A DNA stretch of 64,000 bases from Bacteroidales bacterium (lineage in GTDB: Bacteria > Bacteroidota > Bacteroidia > Bacteroidales > UBA1402), in assembly GCA_045627385.1 (NCBI GenBank), contig JAZQNO010000007.1, positions 28,868 through 92,867 of the forward strand, read 5' to 3'. The notes under the pieces are model-generated. The model was given only the letters and a program-made list of their open reading frames with translations, was not told the DNA's origin and made no database searches. The translations under genes were made by a program, and so were the position numbers. Positions 36,841-45,077 of the stretch are shown in pieces. Within the stretch, counting starts at the first letter, position 1. Each line of letters begins with the position of its first letter.

Positions 36841-38010
36841 CTACTTTTTGAAGATGATTTGGGCGAACTCGTAGAGCGAGCGACGCCAGGTGTGCCACTC
36901 GTGAGCCGTGCCCTCGGAGATGTAGCCCGTGGCATTGACACCGATCTGACGGAGACTTTCGGCAGCCTCCATCACACCCATGTTTTCCTTGCTGCCACAA
37001 CTCATGAACAGCGCCTTGTTCGTCTGGAGATACCCCTCGGCATTCTGAATGTCCTGAGCCGATATGGTGCCACCGCTGAACATGCCCACATAGGCGAAAG
37101 TCTTCGGATTGGCCAACGTCACCATGCGCGTCGTCATGCCGCCCATCGACAGGCCGGCCATCGCACGATGCTCCGTGTCGGCAATCACCCGATAATTCTT
37201 TTCCACCATGGGAATCAGATCCTTGAGCAGCACATCCGGGAACGCGCCCATGCCGAAACGGGCAAAACCGCCCTCGGCAGCGGAAGGCTTTGCGGCACGC
37301 GCATACAGGCAATCGATGACAATGATGAAAGGAGTCGCTTTCTTGTCGGCGATCAGATTGTCCATAATCTGGGCTGTGTGGCCCTGTTCGGCCCAACTGT
37401 GCTCGTTTTCAGCCATTCCGTGCAACAGATACAGCACCGGGAATTTCTTCTTGGGATTGGTGTAGTATTCGTTGGGGAAATAGATGTAGCAATGGCGCAT
37501 GTTCTCAGTGGCCGAAGACCAGTAGAAAACCTCGTTCAAGCTGCCCTGCGGAACATTTTTGACAGCCCAGAAATCCTGATCGGCCGACGGAATCTCGATA
37601 CCGCTGCCCCAACGGCCCGCACCATAGTAGTACAGGCTGCCCGGGTCGGGCACAGAAGCGCCGTCGACATTGAGCTGATAATAATGGAAACCTTCGTCCT
37701 GAGGGGCCGAAGTGCCGGTCCAGACACCTTTTTCGTCCTTGGTCATCGCATAGATTTTGCCGGAAATATCGAGGCCGACCGAATGGGCATCTGGCGCCGA
37801 AATCTGCGCGCGGACCATACGCTGCGAATTGACCATCGGATACGGATGGTTCTCTTGATTGTTCGATGCGGGTCGGAAATCTTCGACCACATCTTCAGTG
37901 ACTGAAGGAACGGTGGGATTGCCGCGACGGCCTCCCGTCTGTGCAAAGGCAGACTGCACGAAAAGCCCCGTCATCGACAGGACAGCGAGCGAAAGGATAA
38001 TTTTCTTCAT
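36841..38010 (-). CDS. CE1-like esterase (esterase D / feruloyl-esterase-type) with an N-terminal Ig-like domain
   Basis: Contains FPVLYLLHG and GLSMGG. Start trimmed to MKKIILSLAV (ATG 38010) because a -7 box sits at 38047-38054, downstream of the longer ORF's ATG. Confidence 0.8.
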   Translation of the reverse strand: MKKIILSLAVLSMTGLFVQSAFAQTGGRRGNPTVPSVTEDVVEDFRPASNNQENHPYPMVNSQRMVRAQISAPDAHSVGLDISGKIYAMTKDEKGVWTGTSAPQDEGFHYYQLNVDGASVPDPGSLYYYGAGRWGSGIEIPSADQDFWAVKNVPQGSLNEVFYWSSATENMRHCYIYFPNEYYTNPKKKFPVLYLLHGMAENEHSWAEQGHTAQIMDNLIADKKATPFIIVIDCLYARAAKPSAAEGGFARFGMGAFPDVLLKDLIPMVEKNYRVIADTEHRAMAGLSMGGMTTRMVTLANPKTFAYVGMFSGGTISAQDIQNAEGYLQTNKALFMSCGSKENMGVMEAAESLRQIGVNATGYISEGTAHEWHTWRRSLYEFAQIIFKK

Positions 38011-38046
38011 AGGGATTGTTTGAGAGGAATTTGACGTTTCCGGGCA

Positions 38047-38054
38047 CAAATATA
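38047..38054 (-). promoter_or_regulatory. -7 box TATATTTG for the esterase
   Basis: Exact match on the minus strand, 37 nt upstream of the ATG at 38010. Confidence 0.5.
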
Positions 38055-38124
38055 GCATTTCTGACAAAACACAAAAAAATGATAGTTTAATACGTATAAT
38101 GAGTACATCTTTAGTTATTTATAT

Positions 38125-38132
38125 TATATTTG
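38125..38132 (+). promoter_or_regulatory. -7 box TATATTTG, candidate pilus operon promoter
   Basis: Exact TAnnTTTG match 30 nt upstream of the ATG at 38162. Confidence 0.55.
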
Positions 38133-38161
38133 CGTGCAATAATTTGGTGTAGTAGTGCCGA

Positions 38162-39637
38162 ATGAACGGATTTTCGAGTAAAAAAACGCTTCTGGTTCTG
38201 GTGCTCCTGACGATGGCCGCCCTCATTGACAGAGGGTTCTCGCTTAAGGCCCAGATGCTATGCGACACAATCACGACCACATCCGAAATTTATTTTCGGG
38301 TGGGATATTCTATCTACCAATCCGATTACAGAGACAACGCGCAAGCCCTTGAATCGGCCATCGTCAATGTCGAACAGGCCAGACAGGCAGATCCCGACTA
38401 TCGGGTTGTCCTCACGGGCTCCACTTCGCCCGACGGCACCTACAGCAACAACATCCGGCTCGCCAAGAAACGCACCGACAACATTTCCAATCTGTTTACG
38501 GAAGAACTGAAGCAGCGCGGAATGGACGGAGAACTGTCGCACGTCAGCAGCCGATCGGCCGGAATCGACTGGGACGGCCTGGCCGAAATGACCGACACGG
38601 TGAGTCAGGAATGGAGCGGCAAGATGTCCGAACTGCTGCGCCACGGCCCTGTCTTTCTGTTCGATTCGAACGGCACGGTCGTCGGCAGCAAATTGGGTCA
38701 GATGGCGTCCTTCGAGGGCGGAAAGCCGTACCTTTATCTGAAGGAAAAACTCTTTCCCGAATTGCGGAAAGTCAGAATCGAGGTGATTTCGGTCGTCCCG
38801 AAAGCGGTGGAGCCCGAACCCATCGTCGAACCCGAACCCATCGTCGAACCGGAACCTGTCGAGGAAACCATTCCGGCCGCCGAACCCGACACGATTCCTG
38901 CAGCAGAACCCGACACCGTTCAGGAAATCATTCCGGCCACCGGACCCGACACCATTCCCGCGACAGCAGCCGACACCGTTCGGGAAATCCAGCCCGAACC
39001 CGAGCCTGTCGTCGAAGCAGAACCGCAGCCGGAACCCGAACCGGAAGAACCCGCTATCGAGCCCGAGCCTCAGCCAGAGCCCGAGCGGCCCTACGATCTC
39101 AAGAAGCTCTTGGCTCTGAAGACCAACCTGGCCTTCGACCTGCTCACCGTGTTGAACGCTGAAATCGAAATTCCCATCGGCGACCGCTACTCCTTCAACG
39201 TGGAATACGACGGTCCTTGGTGGCTCATCGACAAGAGCGAAGGATCCTATTGTCTGATGGCCAACGTGGTCCAACTGGAAGGCCGCTACTGGTTCCCGCC
39301 CAAGGACGGAAAGACAGACGATCCCCTGAACGGCTTCTTCGCCGGACTGTTCGGCGGCACCGGCCGCTACGACATCCAGTACAAGCTCGACGGACGCCGC
39401 GGCGACTTCTGGAACGTCGGTCTAGGCGTCGGTTACAGCCGCAGCCTGGCGAACTGTCTGAACCTGGAGTTCGAAATCGGATTCGGTCTGACATCGTCGC
39501 AATACGAAACCTACATTGCAAAGAAAGACAACACCATACTCGCCTATCAGGACACGCGCAAAACCACCCTACTGTATCCCAACCGGGCCCACGTGTCGCT
39601 GGTATGGAACTTGTTCGTAAAAGATTACAGGAAATGA
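38162..39637 (+). CDS. DUF3575-type outer-membrane protein with an OmpA-like N-terminal module and a Pro/Glu-rich repeat linker
   Basis: The N-terminal part resembles peptidoglycan-associating OmpA-like modules (VVLTGSTSPDGTYSNNIRLAKKRTDN). The middle is a PEP/EPD repeat. The C-terminal LLALKTNLAFDLL...EGRYWF...GLGVGYS is DUF3575-like. It is the first gene of the pilus cluster. Confidence 0.75.
   Translation: MNGFSSKKTLLVLVLLTMAALIDRGFSLKAQMLCDTITTTSEIYFRVGYSIYQSDYRDNAQALESAIVNVEQARQADPDYRVVLTGSTSPDGTYSNNIRLAKKRTDNISNLFTEELKQRGMDGELSHVSSRSAGIDWDGLAEMTDTVSQEWSGKMSELLRHGPVFLFDSNGTVVGSKLGQMASFEGGKPYLYLKEKLFPELRKVRIEVISVVPKAVEPEPIVEPEPIVEPEPVEETIPAAEPDTIPAAEPDTVQEIIPATGPDTIPATAADTVREIQPEPEPVVEAEPQPEPEPEEPAIEPEPQPEPERPYDLKKLLALKTNLAFDLLTVLNAEIEIPIGDRYSFNVEYDGPWWLIDKSEGSYCLMANVVQLEGRYWFPPKDGKTDDPLNGFFAGLFGGTGRYDIQYKLDGRRGDFWNVGLGVGYSRSLANCLNLEFEIGFGLTSSQYETYIAKKDNTILAYQDTRKTTLLYPNRAHVSLVWNLFVKDYRK
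38810..39086 (+). repeat. in-frame tandem repeats encoding a Pro/Glu/Asp-rich linker
   Basis: Three 18-bp units at 38810-38863 (GARCCSGAACCCATCGTC-like, encoding EPEPIV). Two 60-bp units at 38864-38923 and 38924-38983 (ETIPAAEPDTIPAAEPDTVQ and EIIPATGPDTIPATAADTVR). A degenerate EP/QP tract follows to about 39086. Confidence 0.85.
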
Positions 39638-40725
39638 GGAGAAAGGTATATTCATATCTGATGGCGCTGGCGTCTGCCCTACTGCTGGGCGGATGCGAGT
39701 TCCGTGCCTTGGATTATGACTATATCGACACGGCCGAGGTCAACATCATCGCCGACTGGTCGCTCTCAAGCCTGCTCAGCCACCCCAACGGCCACACGGT
39801 GATGTTCTTCCCGCAGGACGGCGGCAGCCCCATCATGCGTCTGTCGCACTCCGACACGGTCACCACACACCTGCCGCTGGGCATGTACGATGTGATCGTC
39901 TTCAACGAGACCTTCGAAGATTTCGACTACATCGACTTCATCAACCGCAATTCCTTCAGCGAAATAGCCGCCGTCTGCGACAACAGCGAACTGGTGCGCT
40001 CGGGCTTCCAGGTCTACGAAGAGCCCGACATGCTGGCTGCCGACGTCATCAACGACTTTGAAGTGACCGAGACAATGGTCGACGTCACGCGCGCCTTTAC
40101 GCGCGCCCGCGCGGCAGCCATGAAGTCGGGAGCGCAGACCCGCGCCATGGCCGGCGAACAGCTTCCCCAGCAGCTCACCTGGACCGTCCGTCCCACCCCG
40201 CTCGTCTACAACGTGAACGTCAAGGTGTCCGTTCAAGGGCTCGACAAGGTGAACTCGTCGGGCGCTTACGTGTCGGGCTTCTCGCAGGGCGTCCGTCTGA
40301 GCGACGGCGAACCGCTGGACATGCCCGTCACACACAAGCTCACCTTCTCCGACCGCTATTTCGATGTGGGTTCCAACGCCACGGGCTACATGACCGGCAG
40401 TTTCCGCAGTTTCGGACTGGTCGACCACGGTCAGTCTGCCTCGACCGACTATGAGATGGACTTCCGCGCCGTTCTGTCCGACGGCAGCAACTTCCGCGAC
40501 ATCAGGCCGCTGCGCGGCAAAATCAAAGAATACCAGGCCGAATTCACCGTCAGTTTCGAAATCGATGTCGGCTTCGACGGCAGCGGCGGCAGCGACGGCC
40601 CCATCGTGATCCCCGACGTCGGACCTCCCGACGACCCGGGCGGCGGAGGATGGCAGGTGCTGGTCGGCGACTGGGACGAAGAAATCATCCCGATTGGAAT
40701 GAAGACCTCCCGACAAAACCCCTAA
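39634..40725 (+). CDS. DUF5119 / Mfa2-FimB-like pilus anchor lipoprotein
   Basis: Start MRRKVYSYLMALASALLLGGCEF (lipobox) overlaps the upstream stop (ATGA). It continues with DYDYIDTAEVNIIADWS. The 502-aa ORF in the track is an upstream out-of-context extension. Confidence 0.65.
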   Translation: MRRKVYSYLMALASALLLGGCEFRALDYDYIDTAEVNIIADWSLSSLLSHPNGHTVMFFPQDGGSPIMRLSHSDTVTTHLPLGMYDVIVFNETFEDFDYIDFINRNSFSEIAAVCDNSELVRSGFQVYEEPDMLAADVINDFEVTETMVDVTRAFTRARAAAMKSGAQTRAMAGEQLPQQLTWTVRPTPLVYNVNVKVSVQGLDKVNSSGAYVSGFSQGVRLSDGEPLDMPVTHKLTFSDRYFDVGSNATGYMTGSFRSFGLVDHGQSASTDYEMDFRAVLSDGSNFRDIRPLRGKIKEYQAEFTVSFEIDVGFDGSGGSDGPIVIPDVGPPDDPGGGGWQVLVGDWDEEIIPIGMKTSRQNP

Positions 40726-40809
40726 GTTTCGAAATCCGGGACAACAACAGAAACAAAACAAACAACAAATACAAAATCAATTAATTAACAACTCAAAATC
40801 CTTTTAGTT

Positions 40810-41817
40810 ATGAAAAAGAATTTGTTCTTAATGGCAGTTGTCGGGACGATAGCCCTGACCGGCTGCAGTGAGAGTGAGATCCTTGAAACCGAACTCGACC
40901 AGAAGGCCATCGGTTTCGAAAACTTCATGCACAAGGCAACGCGTGCCACTGAAATCAACAACGGCAATGTAACCAATGTCGATTTCAGCATTCAATCCTA
41001 CTTCAATGACGGAACGGATTTCTACACAAACCAGACACTTGACTACGCGTCATCGAAATGGGACACCAACCCCACCAAGTACTGGCCCTACGACTGTGTG
41101 ACGGAAGGCACTCACACCGCCACGAAATCCTTGAGTTTCTTCGCCTACAACGTCGGCAGCTACAGCAAGAACGGCTACACGGGTTCAAGCACCAAGCCGA
41201 CCCTGACCTACACCGTCGCCGCAGCCGCCGCAGACCAGGTGGACGTACTGGCCGGCTATGTGGAAAGCCGCATCTGGCAGACCAGCGATGCCAATTCGGT
41301 GGTTCCGCTTGCCTTCAACCACATCCTGTCAGAAATCTGTTTCACTTTGGTCGGTGAAGACAATGCCTACCAGTACGATGTCACCAGCGTCACCATCGGC
41401 GGCAACGCCAGCGGCGACGCCCAACTCTACCCAACCGGCACCTACACCTACGGACAGGCCGCAGGCGCACTGAGTTCTCTGACCGGCACAAAGGCCATCT
41501 ATTCCTACACCGGCTCTCCGGCTCTGACACTGGCCTCAGGCGATGCCGCCACAGCACTTACCGACAATGTTCTCATGCTTATTCCGCAGGCCGCCACCTC
41601 GTCGGTCATCACCGTCACCTACAAAGTCACCGACCCGGCCACCAACATTGTCCTGTTTGACGGCACCAAGACCACCGGCACACTGGCCGAGACCTGGAAC
41701 AACGGCAAGAAATACACCTATGCCATCACCCTGCCCACCGGCGCCCACGCCATCATGTACAGCGTATCCGTCAATGCTTGGTCCAGTGAAACCCCAGTCA
41801 GTTTGGAACTGAACTGA
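40810..41817 (+). CDS. fimbrillin-family (type V pilin) subunit, paralog 1
   Basis: Lipobox ALTGCSE. Has a conserved FENFMHKATR|A prodomain-end motif with Arg45. Confidence 0.8.
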   Translation: MKKNLFLMAVVGTIALTGCSESEILETELDQKAIGFENFMHKATRATEINNGNVTNVDFSIQSYFNDGTDFYTNQTLDYASSKWDTNPTKYWPYDCVTEGTHTATKSLSFFAYNVGSYSKNGYTGSSTKPTLTYTVAAAAADQVDVLAGYVESRIWQTSDANSVVPLAFNHILSEICFTLVGEDNAYQYDVTSVTIGGNASGDAQLYPTGTYTYGQAAGALSSLTGTKAIYSYTGSPALTLASGDAATALTDNVLMLIPQAATSSVITVTYKVTDPATNIVLFDGTKTTGTLAETWNNGKKYTYAITLPTGAHAIMYSVSVNAWSSETPVSLELN

Positions 41818-41867
41818 TCCTATCCTGAACAGCAACAAATCAATTAACAATTTCAATATCCAAAACA

Positions 41868-42971
41868 ATGAAAAAGAATCTTTTTCTGGCAGCTCTTGCC
41901 ATAGCAGCTATGGCATCCTGCACCAAGACCGAACTCGTCGAAACCGTCAATGACGGCAGCCGCATCACGTTCGAAACCTTCATGCACAAGGCCACCCGCG
42001 CCACCGAAACCACCGTGGCCAACCTGGGCAGCTTCACCGTCACTGCCATCGACGCCACCGCCGGCAAGTACATCGACCAGCAATCCGTCACCGTATCTTC
42101 GGGCGGCATTTGCTCCGATTACGGCGAGTACTACTGGCCCACCGACGACTCCCAGCTCGACTTCTTCGCCTGGGGCGGCAGCGCTTCGGGTGACGTCACT
42201 CCGGGCACCGATTACTGGAAGGTCTTCACGGTTGCTCCGGCTGCCGATCCTGCCTCTCAGAGCGACTTTGTCGTAGCCAGGGTACAGGGCAAGAAATCCA
42301 CCCATGCCTCTACCGGCGTTTCCTTCAACTTCCGCCATGCCATGTCGCAGATTGCCCTTCAGGTTTACAACACCAACGAAGAGTTGGAATTCGACATCAC
42401 CGGATGGAAAGTCTGCGGTGTCGATGTGGACGGCACATTCACCCTCAACGATGCCAGCACCGCCGGCACTGGCAAGATCGCATCCGGAGACTGGAGCGAC
42501 AACACCACATTCACCGGTGCCTACACCGACGATTTCGCCCAGACCAACCTGAGCGGCAAAGTCCTCCTGGCCAGCGCCGATGCCATCTCCGGCTCCACCA
42601 CTATGATTCTGGTTCCGCAGACCGCCGGTTCCAAAGCCACGGCCTATGCCGGAACTGCCTCCAGCGATGCCCTCGTCGGCCAGTACATTGCCGTTGAAAT
42701 GGTCATCAAGAACGCCACCAACGATGCCGTCATCGCGCCCAAGCAGTGGTGCTGCTGGCCCGTCCAGTTCGCTTGGAATCCCGGCTACAAGTACACCTAC
42801 CAGATCGACCTGGCCCAGGGCGGTTACAAGGAGTGCAACGACGGTTACGAATCTCCCGAGACCACAGCTCCCGACGAAGTCCTCGAAAATTCGAAGATTA
42901 TCTTCGCCAACATTACGATTGATTCCTGGGAAGAAGCCACCCCGATTGACGCCAACATTCCTACGCTCTGA
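41868..42971 (+). CDS. fimbrillin-family subunit, paralog 2
   Basis: Lipobox AMASCTK and FETFMHKATR|ATE, nearly identical to paralog 1 over the prodomain. Confidence 0.8.
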   Translation: MKKNLFLAALAIAAMASCTKTELVETVNDGSRITFETFMHKATRATETTVANLGSFTVTAIDATAGKYIDQQSVTVSSGGICSDYGEYYWPTDDSQLDFFAWGGSASGDVTPGTDYWKVFTVAPAADPASQSDFVVARVQGKKSTHASTGVSFNFRHAMSQIALQVYNTNEELEFDITGWKVCGVDVDGTFTLNDASTAGTGKIASGDWSDNTTFTGAYTDDFAQTNLSGKVLLASADAISGSTTMILVPQTAGSKATAYAGTASSDALVGQYIAVEMVIKNATNDAVIAPKQWCCWPVQFAWNPGYKYTYQIDLAQGGYKECNDGYESPETTAPDEVLENSKIIFANITIDSWEEATPIDANIPTL

Positions 42972-42988
42972 TCGAGCGGCCTATAAGG

Positions 42989-43014
42989 CCGGGCGGGCTT
43001 GACCGCCCGCCCGG
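42989..43014 (+). other. GC-rich intra-operon stem-loop
   Basis: Perfect 10-bp stem CCGGGCGGGC / GCCCGCCCGG with a 6-nt loop and no U tract. It lies between pilin genes 2 and 3. Confidence 0.6.
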
Positions 43015-43037
43015 TCACAACGAAGCAATTCAACAGA

Positions 43038-44057
43038 ATGAGAAAATACGCAATACTGATTCTTTCGGCACTTTTCCTGAACGGATGTCACTGGACCGAC
43101 ACGCCCGAGGAGGAGAAGACAAGCGACATAGCCTTCACCGTCAAGGCCCGTTGGGACGACTCCGAAAAGCTGTCCCGCGCCCTTGTCTCCTCCGAGTCCG
43201 ACATGCGAGGCCAAGCCTTTGGCGTCGTTGCCAGATTCTGCAGCGGAAACGGTTATTCCTATGCCGGCAGCTACGTCTCGTTCGACAACGACGTTCCAAT
43301 CGCATACGGCAACGGCACCTGGAGCTATTCGCCCCTGCGCTACTGGTATCCAGGCTGCACTTACCGGTTCCGAGCCGTGTGGCCTAAGAATGCCGTCACC
43401 TCGTTTTCCGACGATTTGGAAAACACGCTGACCCTGACAGGGTTCACCGTCAGTTCGGTGCAGGCCAATCAGGTGGACCTGCTGCTCTCGAACCGGGTCG
43501 AGCGGACCACTCCGGCCACCATTCCCGACAACTACAGCGCGGTTGCCCTCACCTTCGAGCACCTGCTGTGTTGTGTCAATGTGAAAATCGCCAAACACGA
43601 CGATGCCGACGACGATGACGTTATCACCGTGACCAGCGTCAGCCTGAGCGGTATGAAGAACGGCGGCATCTACACCCTGGCCAGCGGCGATGCCACCGCA
43701 GGCAGCTGGAATGTGAGCGGAGGCGGCAACATGATCTGCACGCGTAACCTCTCGCCGGCACTGACACTGCAGAAGACAGCCTGGAGCAACATCGACATGA
43801 TCTGGCCCAACGAGGGTCTGCTGCTCATTCCTCAGAACTTGAACAATGTGAAACTGCTCGTCGACTACAGCGTCACCCACGACGGCAACACCACACAGAA
43901 ATCGGTCAGCATCGACCTGCCGACAGGCAGCTGGCCCGTGGGAAGCAAAGTCCTCTATCAGCTTTCCATCAACGAAAAATATCAGATAGTCATGGGAACG
44001 CCCACGGTCGAGTCCTGGGGCATTTCTCCTTCGACAGGATCAATACTTATCAAATGA
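43038..44057 (+). CDS. fimbrillin-family subunit, paralog 3
   Basis: Start trimmed to MRKYAILILSALFLNGCHW (lipobox). Arg38 sits in FTVKAR|W. Confidence 0.7.
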   Translation: MRKYAILILSALFLNGCHWTDTPEEEKTSDIAFTVKARWDDSEKLSRALVSSESDMRGQAFGVVARFCSGNGYSYAGSYVSFDNDVPIAYGNGTWSYSPLRYWYPGCTYRFRAVWPKNAVTSFSDDLENTLTLTGFTVSSVQANQVDLLLSNRVERTTPATIPDNYSAVALTFEHLLCCVNVKIAKHDDADDDDVITVTSVSLSGMKNGGIYTLASGDATAGSWNVSGGGNMICTRNLSPALTLQKTAWSNIDMIWPNEGLLLIPQNLNNVKLLVDYSVTHDGNTTQKSVSIDLPTGSWPVGSKVLYQLSINEKYQIVMGTPTVESWGISPSTGSILIK

Positions 44058-45076
44058 ACAAACTGAAACTGACATATCTGCTCGCCGCGATTCCCTTGCT
44101 GATATCCACTTCCTGCGAGGGCTTCGAAAACAACGGCTCCACCGACCCGACCGATCTGGAATGGAACGGATACATCCTGTTCGACACCGAAGTTAGCACC
44201 CGCGGCACGTTGTACACATCGCCCACCCTGAGCGGGCAGGCTTTCGGCGTTCTAGGCTACAAATACGCCATCGACTGGAACACCTACAAGGCCACCGCCA
44301 CTCCCAATGTGTTCAGCAATACGCCGCAGCAGGTTACATGGAACAGCACCAGCCACACCTACACGCCCCTAAAACAGTGGGAGAACAGCAGCAAATACAC
44401 GTTTTTCGGCTATTATCCCTGGGGGCAGACCATCGTCAGTACCGCCGGCACACCCTACATCAACTACACCCAGTCCTGGGATCCAACACAGATGAACGAT
44501 GTGATGACCGGCATGACCTCAGACATAGACAACAGCGGCAACGGCGTAGTGGGCATGTCGTTCCACCACCGTCTGTGCTGCCTGAACATCGAGGCGCGCA
44601 ATCTGAACGATGCCACCGAACAGATCTACGACCTGAAAGTCACCGTTACTTCGCCGATGTATGCCAGCGCGCAGATTCCGCTGGATCACTCTCTAGCCAT
44701 TACTCCGGGAACCGCCAACAACTCCTCGAAGGTTTTCCAGGTCATCCCGAACGATGCCACACAGAAGGTTTCCATTCCCAAATACACAGGCGAAGCGACA
44801 GACCTCTCGGGCAGCAACAACATTCTGTTCATTCCACAGCAGCAGAGTGTTATGGGCAATCTGCAGGGAACCATCAGTTTCAAAGACAAGAACGGCAATT
44901 CCCGACCCAATTCTACCCAGTTGGACATTGACAACTGCAAATTCGATTCGTCAAAGAACTTCGAAGCAGGCAAGAAATACACCCTGGTCATCAACTTCTC
45001 CGACGAAGCCATCTCCATTGCCATCATCGAATCAGGCGACTGGATGGACCAGAATCAGAGCATAATATTCGAATGA
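44054..45076 (+). CDS. fimbrillin-family subunit, paralog 4
   Basis: Lipobox ISTSCEG, Arg50 in EVSTR|G, and a 4-nt overlap with the upstream gene. Confidence 0.7.
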   Translation: MNKLKLTYLLAAIPLLISTSCEGFENNGSTDPTDLEWNGYILFDTEVSTRGTLYTSPTLSGQAFGVLGYKYAIDWNTYKATATPNVFSNTPQQVTWNSTSHTYTPLKQWENSSKYTFFGYYPWGQTIVSTAGTPYINYTQSWDPTQMNDVMTGMTSDIDNSGNGVVGMSFHHRLCCLNIEARNLNDATEQIYDLKVTVTSPMYASAQIPLDHSLAITPGTANNSSKVFQVIPNDATQKVSIPKYTGEATDLSGSNNILFIPQQQSVMGNLQGTISFKDKNGNSRPNSTQLDIDNCKFDSSKNFEAGKKYTLVINFSDEAISIAIIESGDWMDQNQSIIFE

Positions 45077-45077
45077 T

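Noticed and set aside
38011-38161. An invertible (phase-variable) promoter upstream of the pilus operon, and likewise upstream of upxY (58776-58841)
   Set aside because: I found no flanking inverted repeats by eye, only an 8-bp ATACGTAT palindrome. No recombinase gene is nearby. The upxY gap is only 66 nt. This cannot be excluded without a computational IR scan or read-orientation data.
39217-39633. The N-terminal 139 codons of the 502-aa ORF 39217-40725
   Set aside because: This stretch is Arg/Pro-rich out-of-frame read-through of the DUF3575 gene. A lipoprotein signal begins at the ATG at 39634, overlapping the upstream stop.
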